DNA of 64,000 nt from the NCBI GenBank assembly GCA_965217185.1, contig OZ244252.1, positions 1,216,001 through 1,280,000 of the forward strand, written 5' to 3'. Below the pieces are notes generated by a model. The model saw nothing but the letters and a program-made list of their open reading frames with translations, did not search any database and had not been told where the DNA came from. Within the stretch, counting starts at the first letter, position 1. Each line of letters begins with the position of its first letter. The stretch is from an uncultured Candidatus Entotheonella sp. GTDB lineage: Bacteria > Tectomicrobia > Entotheonellia > Entotheonellales > Entotheonellaceae. The position numbers and the translations under genes were made by a program. Shown piece by piece: positions 11,393 through 20,545 of this stretch.

Positions 11393-12432
11393 CGACCTTC
11401 TCCGCGACCCAGTTCCAGCATGCGCTGCACGGAACGGCGGGCGCGATCGGCGACCTCGGCCTCCACTTCGACGGGATATTCCATGTGTTCCAGGGCTCGC
11501 AGGATTTTCTTCAACGTAATCCGCTTCATGTGCGGGCACAGATTGCAGGGGCGGATGAAATCGACGTTCGGCAGCGCCACGGCCACGTTGTCGCTCATGG
11601 AGCATTCGGTCAGCATGACCACCTGGGCGGGCTGCTGTTTTTCCAAATGGCGCACCATGCCGGCGGTGGAGCCGACGAAATCGGCTTCTGCCAGCACGTC
11701 GGGCGGACATTCCGGATGGGCCAGGACGTACACGTCCGGGTGGTCTTCGCGGTACAGGTGCAACTCGGCGGCGGAGAAGCGTTCGTGCACCTCGCAGTGG
11801 CCGTGCCACAGGATGACCTCGACGGAGGTTTGCTTGGCGACGTACTTGCCGAGGTATTCGTCGGGGATAAAGATGACGCGATCGACGCCGAGGGATTCGA
11901 CCGCCTGTACGGCGTTGGCGGAGGTACAGCAGAGGTCGGATTCGGCTTTCACCGCGGCGCTGGTATTAACGTAGGTGACCACGGGAACACCGGGGTGCCG
12001 CTGTCTCAAGGCACGCACGTCGGCGGCGGTGATGGACGAAGCGAGCGAGCAGCCGGCCTCCAGGTCAGGGATGAGCACGGTTTTGTCGGGATTGAGTAGT
12101 TTGGCGGTCTCGGCCATGAAATGCACACCGCACAGGACAATTACGTCGGCGTCCGTTTCGGCGGCCTGCTGGGCAAGGGCAAGGGAGTCGCCGGTGAGGT
12201 CGGCAACACCGTGGAAAATTTCGGGTGTCTGGTAATTGTGAGCCAGGATGACGGCATGGCGCTCGGCCTTGAGGGCTTCGATGGCCGCCACGTAGGGCGC
12301 GTGCACGGCCCACTCCGCTTCGGGAATGACCGCCTGCAAGCGTTCATAACGCGGCGCCAGAGCCGCCGCCAACTCCGGCGTATACGGCTGCAGCGGCACG
12401 GAGGACGTGGCTACAGGAGGTTCTTGAAGCAT
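11389..12432 (-). CDS. nadA: Quinolinate synthase
   Basis: AHNYQ, CGVHFMAETAK, GCSLA, HPEC and CPHMKRITL motifs. Confidence 0.97.
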   Translation of the reverse strand: MLQEPPVATSSVPLQPYTPELAAALAPRYERLQAVIPEAEWAVHAPYVAAIEALKAERHAVILAHNYQTPEIFHGVADLTGDSLALAQQAAETDADVIVLCGVHFMAETAKLLNPDKTVLIPDLEAGCSLASSITAADVRALRQRHPGVPVVTYVNTSAAVKAESDLCCTSANAVQAVESLGVDRVIFIPDEYLGKYVAKQTSVEVILWHGHCEVHERFSAAELHLYREDHPDVYVLAHPECPPDVLAEADFVGSTAGMVRHLEKQQPAQVVMLTECSMSDNVAVALPNVDFIRPCNLCPHMKRITLKKILRALEHMEYPVEVEAEVADRARRSVQRMLELGRGEGR

Positions 12433-12442
12433 ATTCGTTTCC

Positions 12443-12463
12443 TTATACTCATATTGAGCATAT
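12443..12463. promoter_or_regulatory. NadQ-type operator overlapping the nadA RBS region
   Basis: TTATACTCA-TAT-TGAGCATAT palindrome matching the NadQ consensus ttATRCTCAnnnTGAGYATaa as I recall it. Confidence 0.85.
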
Positions 12464-12472
12464 TAGATGGGT

Positions 12473-12501
12473 AAAAAAAGAAGCCGACCCATTCCGGCTT
12501 C
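12473..12501 (-). terminator. Intrinsic terminator upstream of nadA
   Basis: Minus strand: GAAGCCG-8 nt loop-CGGCTTC followed by T7. Confidence 0.8.
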
Positions 12502-12528
12502 CTGCATCCTCCCTATGTGAAGGTTCGA

Positions 12529-12559
12529 TTAGGCTACGTCTGAGCAAAACAAATGTCAA
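12529..12559 (-). promoter_or_regulatory. Sigma70 promoter with an overlapping degenerate NadQ box
   Basis: Minus strand TTGACA-17 nt-TAGCCT; TTTTGCTCAGACGTAGCCTAA (12529-12549) matches 14 of 18 defined positions of the NadQ palindrome. Confidence 0.65.
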
Positions 12560-12595
12560 GACCACGGAAACGGTAACACCTCCTGACACCCATCC

Positions 12596-13630
12596 CTACA
12601 CCCGGGCTTGGGGGCCGGGAAGCCGGACGCCGGGAGCGGCGCGCTCACGTAGAACCTCGCGGCGGAAAGCGAATAATTCGGCGGGTCGTCCGCCGGTTTC
12701 TTCGTCATATTGACCCGTTCCCTCGACCAAGCCCCCGCGTTCGACCAGCCGTCGAAAATTCTGCTTGTGCAACCGGATACCCGCCAGCGCCTCGACGACC
12801 CTCTGCAGGTGTGACAGCGTAAACACGGGCGGCAATAACTCGAAGACCACAGGGCGATATTTGATCTTGCCCCGCAGGCGGCCGAGGGCGGTGGCCAGAA
12901 TGCGCCGGTGGTCCAGGGCCATGGGACGGCCAAGGCTCTCCGCCTCTGGAGGCGTTGGCTCGCCGACGTCACTGGCCGCCTCGCCGACGAGGCGGGCTTC
13001 GTACAGCAATTCGTAGCGTTCCAGGGTGCGCTCGGTATCCCACGGCGTCCGGTGCAGGCCGAAGGCAATGTCCCGGCGTTCCCGGCGCGCACGTGTATCA
13101 GGCGTATCGGATGCCTGGGTCAACCAGCTTTCCAACGCCGGTGTGATGGTCTGAGAGATGAGCGACGGCGGACCAGAACGCCAGTCTTCCCACGGAAAGT
13201 AATCGTACCAGTCGCGCCAATGCGCCTCGCCGCTTCCGGCAAGTTGCTGCTCGCGCACTAGCGCCAGGTAGGCGACGGAAATCATCCACGGTCCGCCCTG
13301 CCCTGCCCGCGGGTCCCGAAAGCGATCGCCGAACGTGTAAAGCTGTTCGACGTACCCCAGTCGAATGCCCGTCTGCTGCCGCGCCCAACTTCGCAATCCG
13401 CGCTCCAAGGTGCGGTGCTGCTCCGGCCGCAGCGGCCCGAACGGTAGCGCGTCCGCCGGTCCGCCGCCCGCCAACGCGTGGTCGGTACGACTGACCGTCA
13501 GTACGCGCGGCACCTCGTCCGTCACCGCCACGATGACCGCGTTCAGGCCGACGACAACGGACGGGGCCGTCGCGGATGTGGACTTTCTGGGCAGGCGAGC
13601 GGATTCCAAAGCAGCGCTGCGTGTGGCCAT
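12596..13630 (-). CDS. nadQ: Nudix-like/wHTH NAD regulator (NadQ/NrtR type)
   Basis: YVEQLYTFGDR, DHRRILATA and FTLSHLQ..HKQNFRR..GGRPA motifs; adjacent to nadAC and the palindromic boxes. Confidence 0.8.
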   Translation of the reverse strand: MATRSAALESARLPRKSTSATAPSVVVGLNAVIVAVTDEVPRVLTVSRTDHALAGGGPADALPFGPLRPEQHRTLERGLRSWARQQTGIRLGYVEQLYTFGDRFRDPRAGQGGPWMISVAYLALVREQQLAGSGEAHWRDWYDYFPWEDWRSGPPSLISQTITPALESWLTQASDTPDTRARRERRDIAFGLHRTPWDTERTLERYELLYEARLVGEAASDVGEPTPPEAESLGRPMALDHRRILATALGRLRGKIKYRPVVFELLPPVFTLSHLQRVVEALAGIRLHKQNFRRLVERGGLVEGTGQYDEETGGRPAELFAFRREVLRERAAPGVRLPGPQARV

Positions 13631-13783
13631 GGGCAAGCCGGTTCCTCCGGTGATTTGTCCTGTCGTTCTCGCGTTTAGTGTACACCAGCAAGCCCGGTAC
13701 CGTGCTGTGCTCCAGCGGATATTTTCATCTTGACTTGCCAGTCGACGGTGAGGATAACTGCACGCAACAGGAGGCAATATGCT

Positions 13784-14317
13784 ATGGACCTTGTGACCCT
13801 ACGTGATGAATACGACTTGGCGCGGCTGTACACCCAGAGCCTCTACGGGGATCTGCCGGAGTCGGACGTGCAATGGCGGCCGAAGCCGAAGAGCAGCGCT
13901 ATCGCGTGGCATCTGGGACATCAAGCGGCGGTAAACCATTTTCTATTGCGCAATCTGTTTGACGCCGAGCCCAGCATTGAGCCGCGTTTTGACGCGTTGT
14001 TCGACGCCGCCAACCCGGAAGAAAACCGCGGCGACCTGCCCCCATTAGCCGACATCGTGGTGTACCGCGAGGCAGTGGCGACACGCACGCAGGCCCGCCT
14101 TGAGGAACTGCGGAGCGGCCAACGCGCCGCCCCTTCGCAGGCGTCGCACACCCTGCGGACCCTTCTGATCAACTTGATCAATCACGAATACCAACACGAC
14201 TGCTGGATCGGCGAGATGCGCCGGACGCGCGGTTATCCCGTTCCGGCGTCGGTGCTGTCGCAACGGGCGCGGCTGGTGGATGGCTATTGGATGTTGCCGA
14301 CGGACGGGGAACGATAG
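13784..14317 (+). CDS. DinB family protein
   Basis: SAIAWHLGH and NHEYQH His motifs; AGGAGG RBS. Confidence 0.85.
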   Translation: MDLVTLRDEYDLARLYTQSLYGDLPESDVQWRPKPKSSAIAWHLGHQAAVNHFLLRNLFDAEPSIEPRFDALFDAANPEENRGDLPPLADIVVYREAVATRTQARLEELRSGQRAAPSQASHTLRTLLINLINHEYQHDCWIGEMRRTRGYPVPASVLSQRARLVDGYWMLPTDGER

Positions 14318-14335
14318 GGCTGGGGGAGAGGCGCC

Positions 14336-14569
14336 ATGGCAGACAATAATTCGCCGCGTCCGGGGTCGTCCTGGGCCGAGGCCATGCGCACCGCAGGTCC
14401 GTACCTGCATGTCGGCTGGACGCTGGTACTGACCATCCTGTTGGGGGTTCTTGCCGGGCGCTGGATCGATGGTCGCTGGGGCACGGAGCCGGCATTTCTG
14501 TTGGTTGGGGCGGTCTTGGGGATTGTACTGGGGATGTATTATTTTCTGTACACGGTCTTGAAGAAGTGA
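14336..14569 (+). CDS. AtpZ/AtpI family small membrane protein
   Basis: Two TM helices with G..AGRWID..WGTEP motif. Confidence 0.8.
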   Translation: MADNNSPRPGSSWAEAMRTAGPYLHVGWTLVLTILLGVLAGRWIDGRWGTEPAFLLVGAVLGIVLGMYYFLYTVLKK

Positions 14570-14570
14570 T

Positions 14571-14597
14571 GCGGGCAGGCCCGAAACCTGCCCCTGC
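14571..14597 (-). repeat. REP-like palindrome (GTAG-type)
   Basis: Minus strand GCAGGGGCAGGTTTCGGGCCTGCCCGC; similar copy at 29394-29420. Confidence 0.55.
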
Positions 14598-14620
14598 CGA
14601 AGCATTGACACCCCCACGCC

Positions 14621-15619
14621 TCAGGGCTTCAACACCACCTTGACGGCGGCGTCGGGCTGGTCCTGTATAGCGAACCCTTCGGGGGCTTCGTCCAGGTCGA
14701 GGGCATGGGAAATCAAGGGCTGGCGCTGGACCTTCCCACTTTCAACAAGCTCAATGGCGTGGCGGTAGTCGTCACCGGTCCAGGTCCAGGACCCATAAAT
14801 GGCGACATGCTTGCGCACCACTTGATTGAAATCCAGATTCGCGGGGCGCTCAAAAAGGGCGACGCACACCAGGCGGCCGTATTGCTGCTTCAGCATGAGC
14901 AGGCCCTGGTTAGGCGAAGCCGGCGCTCCGGCGCAGTCAATGACCAAATCGGCGTTGCCGCCGCGAACCCCGAAGCGCTCCACCGGCTTGGCGCCGCCGG
15001 TGAGCTCAATTACCGCTTCCACCGAATCGGTTTCAGTCAGGTTGACGGTAGCATCGGCGCCGAGGGATTTGGCCATGTCCAACCGGCGCTCGGAAGCGTC
15101 GACCGCGATGATGCGGCAATCGACCGTTGCTCGGATGGCCTGGATGCAGCCGAGACCGATGATGCCGGCACCGAGCACCACCACCGTCTCGCCGGCGACA
15201 GGCTGCCCAAGCGACACGCCGTGCAGGGAGGTAGCCAAGGGTTCGAGGGTGGCGCCATCCTCGAAGCTGATCCGCTCTGGCAGAATGTGCGGGCTGCGCT
15301 CGGTGACCGGCACCGGCACGTATTCCGCAAAGCCGCCCTGCCCCACTCCGGTAATGCGGTCGCCAACCCGAAAGCCGCTGACTTTCTCGCCCACCTCGAC
15401 GATCTCGCCGCTCAGCTCGTGACCCATGATGCGCCGGTGGTCGTCAATCGGGCGCCCCAACGTCTCGAACATCCCGAGCCGGTACATGTGCAGATCGGAG
15501 CCGCAGATTCCGCACGCCCTCACCCGCACCAACACGTCGTGATCGCCGATTTCCGGCCGATCAACCTCCTCCACCCGGATGTCCCGCGGCCCGTGATAGA
15601 CGGCTGCTTTCATTTGCAT
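14621..15619 (-). CDS. Zinc-binding (MDR) dehydrogenase
   Basis: CGSDLH, GHE and GAGIIG motifs; no 4-Cys structural zinc lobe. Confidence 0.92.
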   Translation of the reverse strand: MQMKAAVYHGPRDIRVEEVDRPEIGDHDVLVRVRACGICGSDLHMYRLGMFETLGRPIDDHRRIMGHELSGEIVEVGEKVSGFRVGDRITGVGQGGFAEYVPVPVTERSPHILPERISFEDGATLEPLATSLHGVSLGQPVAGETVVVLGAGIIGLGCIQAIRATVDCRIIAVDASERRLDMAKSLGADATVNLTETDSVEAVIELTGGAKPVERFGVRGGNADLVIDCAGAPASPNQGLLMLKQQYGRLVCVALFERPANLDFNQVVRKHVAIYGSWTWTGDDYRHAIELVESGKVQRQPLISHALDLDEAPEGFAIQDQPDAAVKVVLKP

Positions 15620-15691
15620 GCGTAATCCCCTTTGAATCGGTAGTGTTGGGTCGGCTCAACCGGCGCATCATACGTTCAGCACAGTGCGGGA

Positions 15692-16531
15692 TCAAGATGG
15701 CAAGTCGCGAGGCCCAACAACGCCGACCAGCCGCTGCAGGAAGCGGTGCACCTCGTCAGGGTCCCGTAGTGTATAGTAGGCCGCGGTTGGGCGCGGCGAC
15801 TCTGCAACCAGGATGCCGACGCCGCGGCCGTGAAGGGCGCCAAAGGCATCCTCGTCGGTGCGGTCATCGCCGATATAAATAGGCAGCACGTCGGCGGCGG
15901 GAAGCCGCAGGGCCTGCAAGATGAGAAGAACGGCCTTGCCTTTATGCCAGTCGAGGCGCGGCAGCAACTCGAACACCATCTTGCCCGTGCCTTTGCGCAG
16001 GCGGCTATGGCGGCTGAGGGCGCCGTCAACAGCAGCCTCAGCGGCGAGGGCGGCATCCGGCGCCAGTCCCCGCACGTGCACGGCGAGCGAGTACCTCTTG
16101 CGCTCCAGCAATGCTCCCCGCATGTGAGCGAGAGACTGCCGAAGTTCCGCCTCGGCGTCGTCCAGGTCCGGCAGAAACGCGGCTCCGTGCTCGCTTTGCA
16201 AACCCCGACCGCGTATGTCAAATCCGTGGCTGCCGGCATAGATAAGGTTGTCGAGGCCGACCAGACCCTCTACGTCGACGCGGTCGCGGCCGCTGACAAT
16301 GGCCACCGGACAGCGCTTGGCCAATGCTGCAAGCGTGCGGCGGACGGCCTCGTCCAGGATGGCCAACTCGGGGCGCGCCACGATGGGGGTCAGGGTGCCG
16401 TCGTAATCCAGGAACACAGCGGGCCGTTTGCGTTCCAGCTTCCGCGCCAGAACGGTGCCTGAATCAAGCGCCGAGGGCAAACGGGGCAATGCGGAATCGG
16501 CAGGGTTGGGCTGCTGCTGCGTCACGGGCAT
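15692..16531 (-). CDS. otsB: Trehalose-6-phosphate phosphatase
   Basis: FLDYDGTL, SGR, AGSHG, KGKAV and GDDRTDEDAF motifs; AGGAGG RBS before ATG 16531. Confidence 0.93.
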   Translation of the reverse strand: MPVTQQQPNPADSALPRLPSALDSGTVLARKLERKRPAVFLDYDGTLTPIVARPELAILDEAVRRTLAALAKRCPVAIVSGRDRVDVEGLVGLDNLIYAGSHGFDIRGRGLQSEHGAAFLPDLDDAEAELRQSLAHMRGALLERKRYSLAVHVRGLAPDAALAAEAAVDGALSRHSRLRKGTGKMVFELLPRLDWHKGKAVLLILQALRLPAADVLPIYIGDDRTDEDAFGALHGRGVGILVAESPRPTAAYYTLRDPDEVHRFLQRLVGVVGPRDLPS

Positions 16532-16564
16532 GCCTCCTGAACGGATGAAGGATTGCGAGTCTTT

Positions 16565-18133
16565 ATGAGAGTCAGCAGTGTTGCGGAAATGCGGGCGCTG
16601 GACCGCGAGGCGATCACGGGATTTGGCATTCCCGAGGACCTGCTCATGGAAAACGCCGGTGAGGCTGCCTGTGCCGTGCTTAGGCGCGAGGTCGGCGTGG
16701 CGGGCAAAAATTTTATCATCATCTGCGGCGTCGGCAACAACGGTGGCGATGGCTTCGTGGTGGCGCGTCGCCTTCACGCTGCCAAGGCCGACTTGAAGGT
16801 GGTTATAATCGGAGACGAAAGCCGCCTGCGCGGCGCGGCGCTGAAAAATCGGCAAATCTTGTCCCGCCTGCCGATCAAGGTTGACACCCTCAAAGAAATT
16901 GGTCCACTACCCGCCGATCTGGTTGCCTGCGATGTTGTTGTTGATGCCCTGCTGGGCACGGGGTTGTCCCGTCCGGTGGCGGGCCTGCAACGCGAGGCCA
17001 TCGAGCGAATCAACGACAGCGGCAAAACCGTGCTGAGCCTCGACGTGCCGTCCGGCGTGCACGGCGACACTGGTGTGGTCATGGGTGCCGCCGTGCACGC
17101 CGACCTGACCGTCACCTTCGGCCTGCCCAAGCGCGGCAATCTGCTGTGGCCCGGCTTTGGTCATTGCGGCAGCCTGTACGTCTCTCCCCTTTCCTTCCCG
17201 CCATCCATGATCGAGACGGCTGGCTTGCAGGTGGCCGTCAACGATCCCCTGCTGTTGCCGCCACGCAACCCGCAGGGCCACAAGGGAACGTTCGGCGACG
17301 CGCTGTTCATCGCCGGAGCGGGCAGTTATTACGGCGCACCGTACCTTGCCGCCATGTCGTTCCTGAAATCCGGAGGCGGCTACGCGCGTCTCGCTGCTCC
17401 CGCTTCCATGACGCCGTTCCTGGCGAACAAGGGCCCTGAGATCGTCTTCGCCCCACAGCGGGAAACGCCGGCCGGTAGTATAGGTCTTGGCAACAAGGCG
17501 GCCCTGTTGGACCTCGCCGAGCGGGTGGATTTCGTTGTGCTCGGCCCCGGACTGTCGCTGGACTCGGAATCACAGCAATTGGTGCGCGAGCTGGCTGCCG
17601 AGTTGACCAAGCCGCTGCTGATCGACGGTGACGGCATCACGGCCGTGTGTGGTGAACCGTCGGCTCTCGCCAATCGACAGGCGCCGACCATTCTAACCCC
17701 CCACACCGGGGAAATGGCCCGCCTGACCGGGCGGTCCGTCACCGAGGTGGAAGCCGACCGCATTGCTATCGTCCAGGAAACTGCGGCGCGTTTCGGGGCA
17801 TTTTTCGTCCTGAAAGGCGCACATTCGCTGATCGGCACCCCCGACGGGCAGGTATTCATCAACCTGAGCGGCAATTCCGGTATGGCCACGCCGGGGTCGG
17901 GCGACGTCCTTGCCGGCGCCATTGCCGCCATGTTCGGGTTGGGCCTTGCGATTCCTGAGGCGGTCCGCATGGGTGTCTTCGTACACGGCGTGGCGGGCGA
18001 CTTGGCCGTTGCCGAAACCGGCCCCGACGGCGTGGTGGCGTCGGATATCCTGCAGATGCTGTCGGCGGCCATGCGGCAGGCGCGCGACGGCGGACCGTGG
18101 GCCGAACGGTACACCGGGCCACAGATCGTCTGA
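16565..18133 (+). CDS. nnr: Bifunctional NAD(P)H-hydrate epimerase/dehydratase
   Basis: LMENAG, GNNGGDG, DALLGTG, HKGTFG, TPHTGE and GSGDVLAG motifs. Confidence 0.94.
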   Translation: MRVSSVAEMRALDREAITGFGIPEDLLMENAGEAACAVLRREVGVAGKNFIIICGVGNNGGDGFVVARRLHAAKADLKVVIIGDESRLRGAALKNRQILSRLPIKVDTLKEIGPLPADLVACDVVVDALLGTGLSRPVAGLQREAIERINDSGKTVLSLDVPSGVHGDTGVVMGAAVHADLTVTFGLPKRGNLLWPGFGHCGSLYVSPLSFPPSMIETAGLQVAVNDPLLLPPRNPQGHKGTFGDALFIAGAGSYYGAPYLAAMSFLKSGGGYARLAAPASMTPFLANKGPEIVFAPQRETPAGSIGLGNKAALLDLAERVDFVVLGPGLSLDSESQQLVRELAAELTKPLLIDGDGITAVCGEPSALANRQAPTILTPHTGEMARLTGRSVTEVEADRIAIVQETAARFGAFFVLKGAHSLIGTPDGQVFINLSGNSGMATPGSGDVLAGAIAAMFGLGLAIPEAVRMGVFVHGVAGDLAVAETGPDGVVASDILQMLSAAMRQARDGGPWAERYTGPQIV

Positions 18134-18151
18134 GCGGCGACAGATTCTCGC

Positions 18152-19327
18152 TTATTTGATCACCACTTCATCCACGCGAAAGCGCTCTGCCGCGGTCCAG
18201 TCGTAGCCGACCCCCAGGCCCGGCCCCTGCGGTACCCGCACGCAGCCATTCTGGTCGATGCTCGTCAGTTCGTCGTCGTAGCCGTCCTGGTAAATCGGCA
18301 GCGATACGATGTTGTCCAGCTTGGGGTGCACCAGCCCCATTTCGTAAAAGTTGGAATTGCGCACGGCTGCCATGCAGTGACGCTGCGCCGGACCGGCGAT
18401 GTGCAGTTCCAGGTCCATGCCGAACCCTTCCGCGGCGTGGGCGATTTTCATCACACCAGTAATGCCGCCGTCGTACTCAGGGTCGGCGCGTGCGAAGTCG
18501 GTGGCCTCGGCAGCCGCCATGTCAACGTGCGCCTCGACGAGATGCAGGTGCTCGCCCTGCAGCAGCGGCGTGGCAAGGGCGCGGCGCAGTTGCCGATGCG
18601 CGTAGTGCGACACGCCGCCGTCCTTGAGCGGGTCCTCGTACCAAAAGAATTCCTCGGCGTCGCAAGCCCGCCCGACCCGCAGGGCGTCGGCGTAGGTGTT
18701 GTAAGCGCAGCACGGATCGAGCATCAGGGCCATTTTGCCGCCGACACGCCGCCCGACGGCGTGCACCGTGGCGATCTCCTGGGCGATGGGGCCTTCGCCC
18801 CAGGAGTGGATTTTGAACCCCTGGTAGCCCATTTCAAGGCACTGCTCGGCGAAATCGGCGAATGCCTCCGGGCAATCGAGGCCGCCGCGGGTACGGTCGG
18901 CGTGATAGGTGCTGGCGTAAGTCGGCAGGTATTCGCGGTAGCCGCCCAGCAGACGGTAGATGGGCGCCTGGTGTACCTTGCCCGCCAAGTCCCACAGGGC
19001 GATGTCGATGGGGCCGATGCCCATGCGGTCGTTCTTGCGCAGAATCACCTTGGCCTGATTGTAGAAGCGCTCCCGTTCGAGGGCGTTCTTGCCGATAAGG
19101 AACGGGGCGAACAGGTTGATCTGCTCGAAGGTGGCAGGCGCGATGCTGACGTATTCGCCGGTCACACCCTCGTCGGTATAGATGCGAATGCCCAAGGCCG
19201 AGCGGGCGCCCTGGTGACCGGGTTCGTAAAATGCGCCCATGGCGAAGCTGAGGTCGTGCCCGACGTTGTTGAACGGAAAACGGTAGCGGGTGAGCTGGAT
19301 GCGTTCAATGATTGGCGTGTGGTTCAT
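18152..19327 (-). CDS. Mandelate racemase/muconate lactonizing enzyme family protein
   Basis: IDIALWDLAGK..PIYRLLGG, LMLD, WYEDP, GE and PGLGV motifs. Confidence 0.92.
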   Translation of the reverse strand: MNHTPIIERIQLTRYRFPFNNVGHDLSFAMGAFYEPGHQGARSALGIRIYTDEGVTGEYVSIAPATFEQINLFAPFLIGKNALERERFYNQAKVILRKNDRMGIGPIDIALWDLAGKVHQAPIYRLLGGYREYLPTYASTYHADRTRGGLDCPEAFADFAEQCLEMGYQGFKIHSWGEGPIAQEIATVHAVGRRVGGKMALMLDPCCAYNTYADALRVGRACDAEEFFWYEDPLKDGGVSHYAHRQLRRALATPLLQGEHLHLVEAHVDMAAAEATDFARADPEYDGGITGVMKIAHAAEGFGMDLELHIAGPAQRHCMAAVRNSNFYEMGLVHPKLDNIVSLPIYQDGYDDELTSIDQNGCVRVPQGPGLGVGYDWTAAERFRVDEVVIK

Positions 19328-19443
19328 GGTGACCTTTCATGGCGGCGCGGCGAATGAAGGTTAAAGGGAGCTTGCTTGCATGCGGATGGTGCAAGGCGGA
19401 TTGTATGACGTCGTACGATGCGGATACTATGTTTGGGCTCGGT

Positions 19444-20388
19444 TTAATTCTCTGGCGGGACAACCTCATTGTGAATAGCGGGTAAAGATTGAATATAGAC
19501 CGCTATCGCCTCCAGGTCGCCCTCGCTGAGATGGCTGTATCCCGTTTCGATGAGCTCGCTCATCAGGCCTTGGGTATCGTCGCCATCGGGTTTCAGCCCC
19601 ATCTGGAGGAACCAGACGAGGTCCGCAGGGCTCCAGGAGCCAATGCCGGTGTCCGCATCAGGCGTGATGTTCGGGGCCAGTTCGCCGTCCGGGCCGTCAA
19701 CGGTGCCGGCGTGCCGCCTGCCCTTCTTCAGACCGCCCATAAGGTTGCGCGGGGTATGACATTCACCGCAATGACCAAGGGCCTGCACGAGGTATGCGCC
19801 CCGGTTCCATTGCGGCGATTGGTCGGGATCCGGTTGCAGAGTTCCGGGTTGAAAGTACAGCCACCTCCACACCCGTACGCCGAAGCGCCAGCCGAAGGGA
19901 GCCTGCAGCTTGGCTGCTCTGTTCGCCTGCGCAACGGGGGTTATCGAGAAGAGGTAGGCTTTCAAGTCCAGCACGTCCTGTCGGGTCATGCGGGTGAAAG
20001 ACGTGTAGGGAAAGACGGGAAAGTACTGCACACCCGATGGTCCCACGCCCAGTGTCATGGCCCGCAGAAAATCCTCATCGCTCCAGGCGCCGATGCCGGA
20101 CTCCAGGTCGGGTGTGATATTCGTGCTGTAGATGATCCCGAACGGGGTGGCGATCGGACGCCCGCCTGCCATGAAGGCGCCATCGTTTTTCACGTCGGTG
20201 TGACAGCTGCAGCCGCCCGCAGCCCGGAATATATAGGCGCCGCGCTCCACCGACGGACTCTCCTGTCCCGTCGCTACGCCGAGTGCAAGCCAGAGTATCA
20301 GCGCAAAGAACACGACCATGGATTGAAACTTGCCTTTGGAAATAGCCCGGATGCCCAATGCCCTTCCCTCTCTGTTCTGCGTTTGCAA
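19444..20388 (-). CDS. Diheme c-type cytochrome (CccA/gluconate dehydrogenase-like); start possibly ATG 20319
   Basis: GGCSCHT and HCGECHTPR heme motifs; duplicated NITPD..GIG.WS; PVFPYTSF. Confidence 0.9.
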   Translation of the reverse strand: MQTQNREGRALGIRAISKGKFQSMVVFFALILWLALGVATGQESPSVERGAYIFRAAGGCSCHTDVKNDGAFMAGGRPIATPFGIIYSTNITPDLESGIGAWSDEDFLRAMTLGVGPSGVQYFPVFPYTSFTRMTRQDVLDLKAYLFSITPVAQANRAAKLQAPFGWRFGVRVWRWLYFQPGTLQPDPDQSPQWNRGAYLVQALGHCGECHTPRNLMGGLKKGRRHAGTVDGPDGELAPNITPDADTGIGSWSPADLVWFLQMGLKPDGDDTQGLMSELIETGYSHLSEGDLEAIAVYIQSLPAIHNEVVPPEN

Positions 20389-20545
20389 TCCACATGCTGC
20401 GCCTCAGAAGTAGGCCAAACTATCAGACAAAACCCGCTGAAACCAAGGAAATCCAGGTCGGTCGAATACGGTTCCCCCGCGGATACCCCGCGAATGTAAA
20501 ATGCTCTGGAGAACGTCCCTGAACCCTGCGAACGGAGGAAGCTAC

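Noticed and set aside
11393..11809. Arg-rich N-terminal extension of nadC in the ORF track
   Set aside because: It overlaps nadA in another frame; the real start is ATG 11392 with an ATGA overlap.
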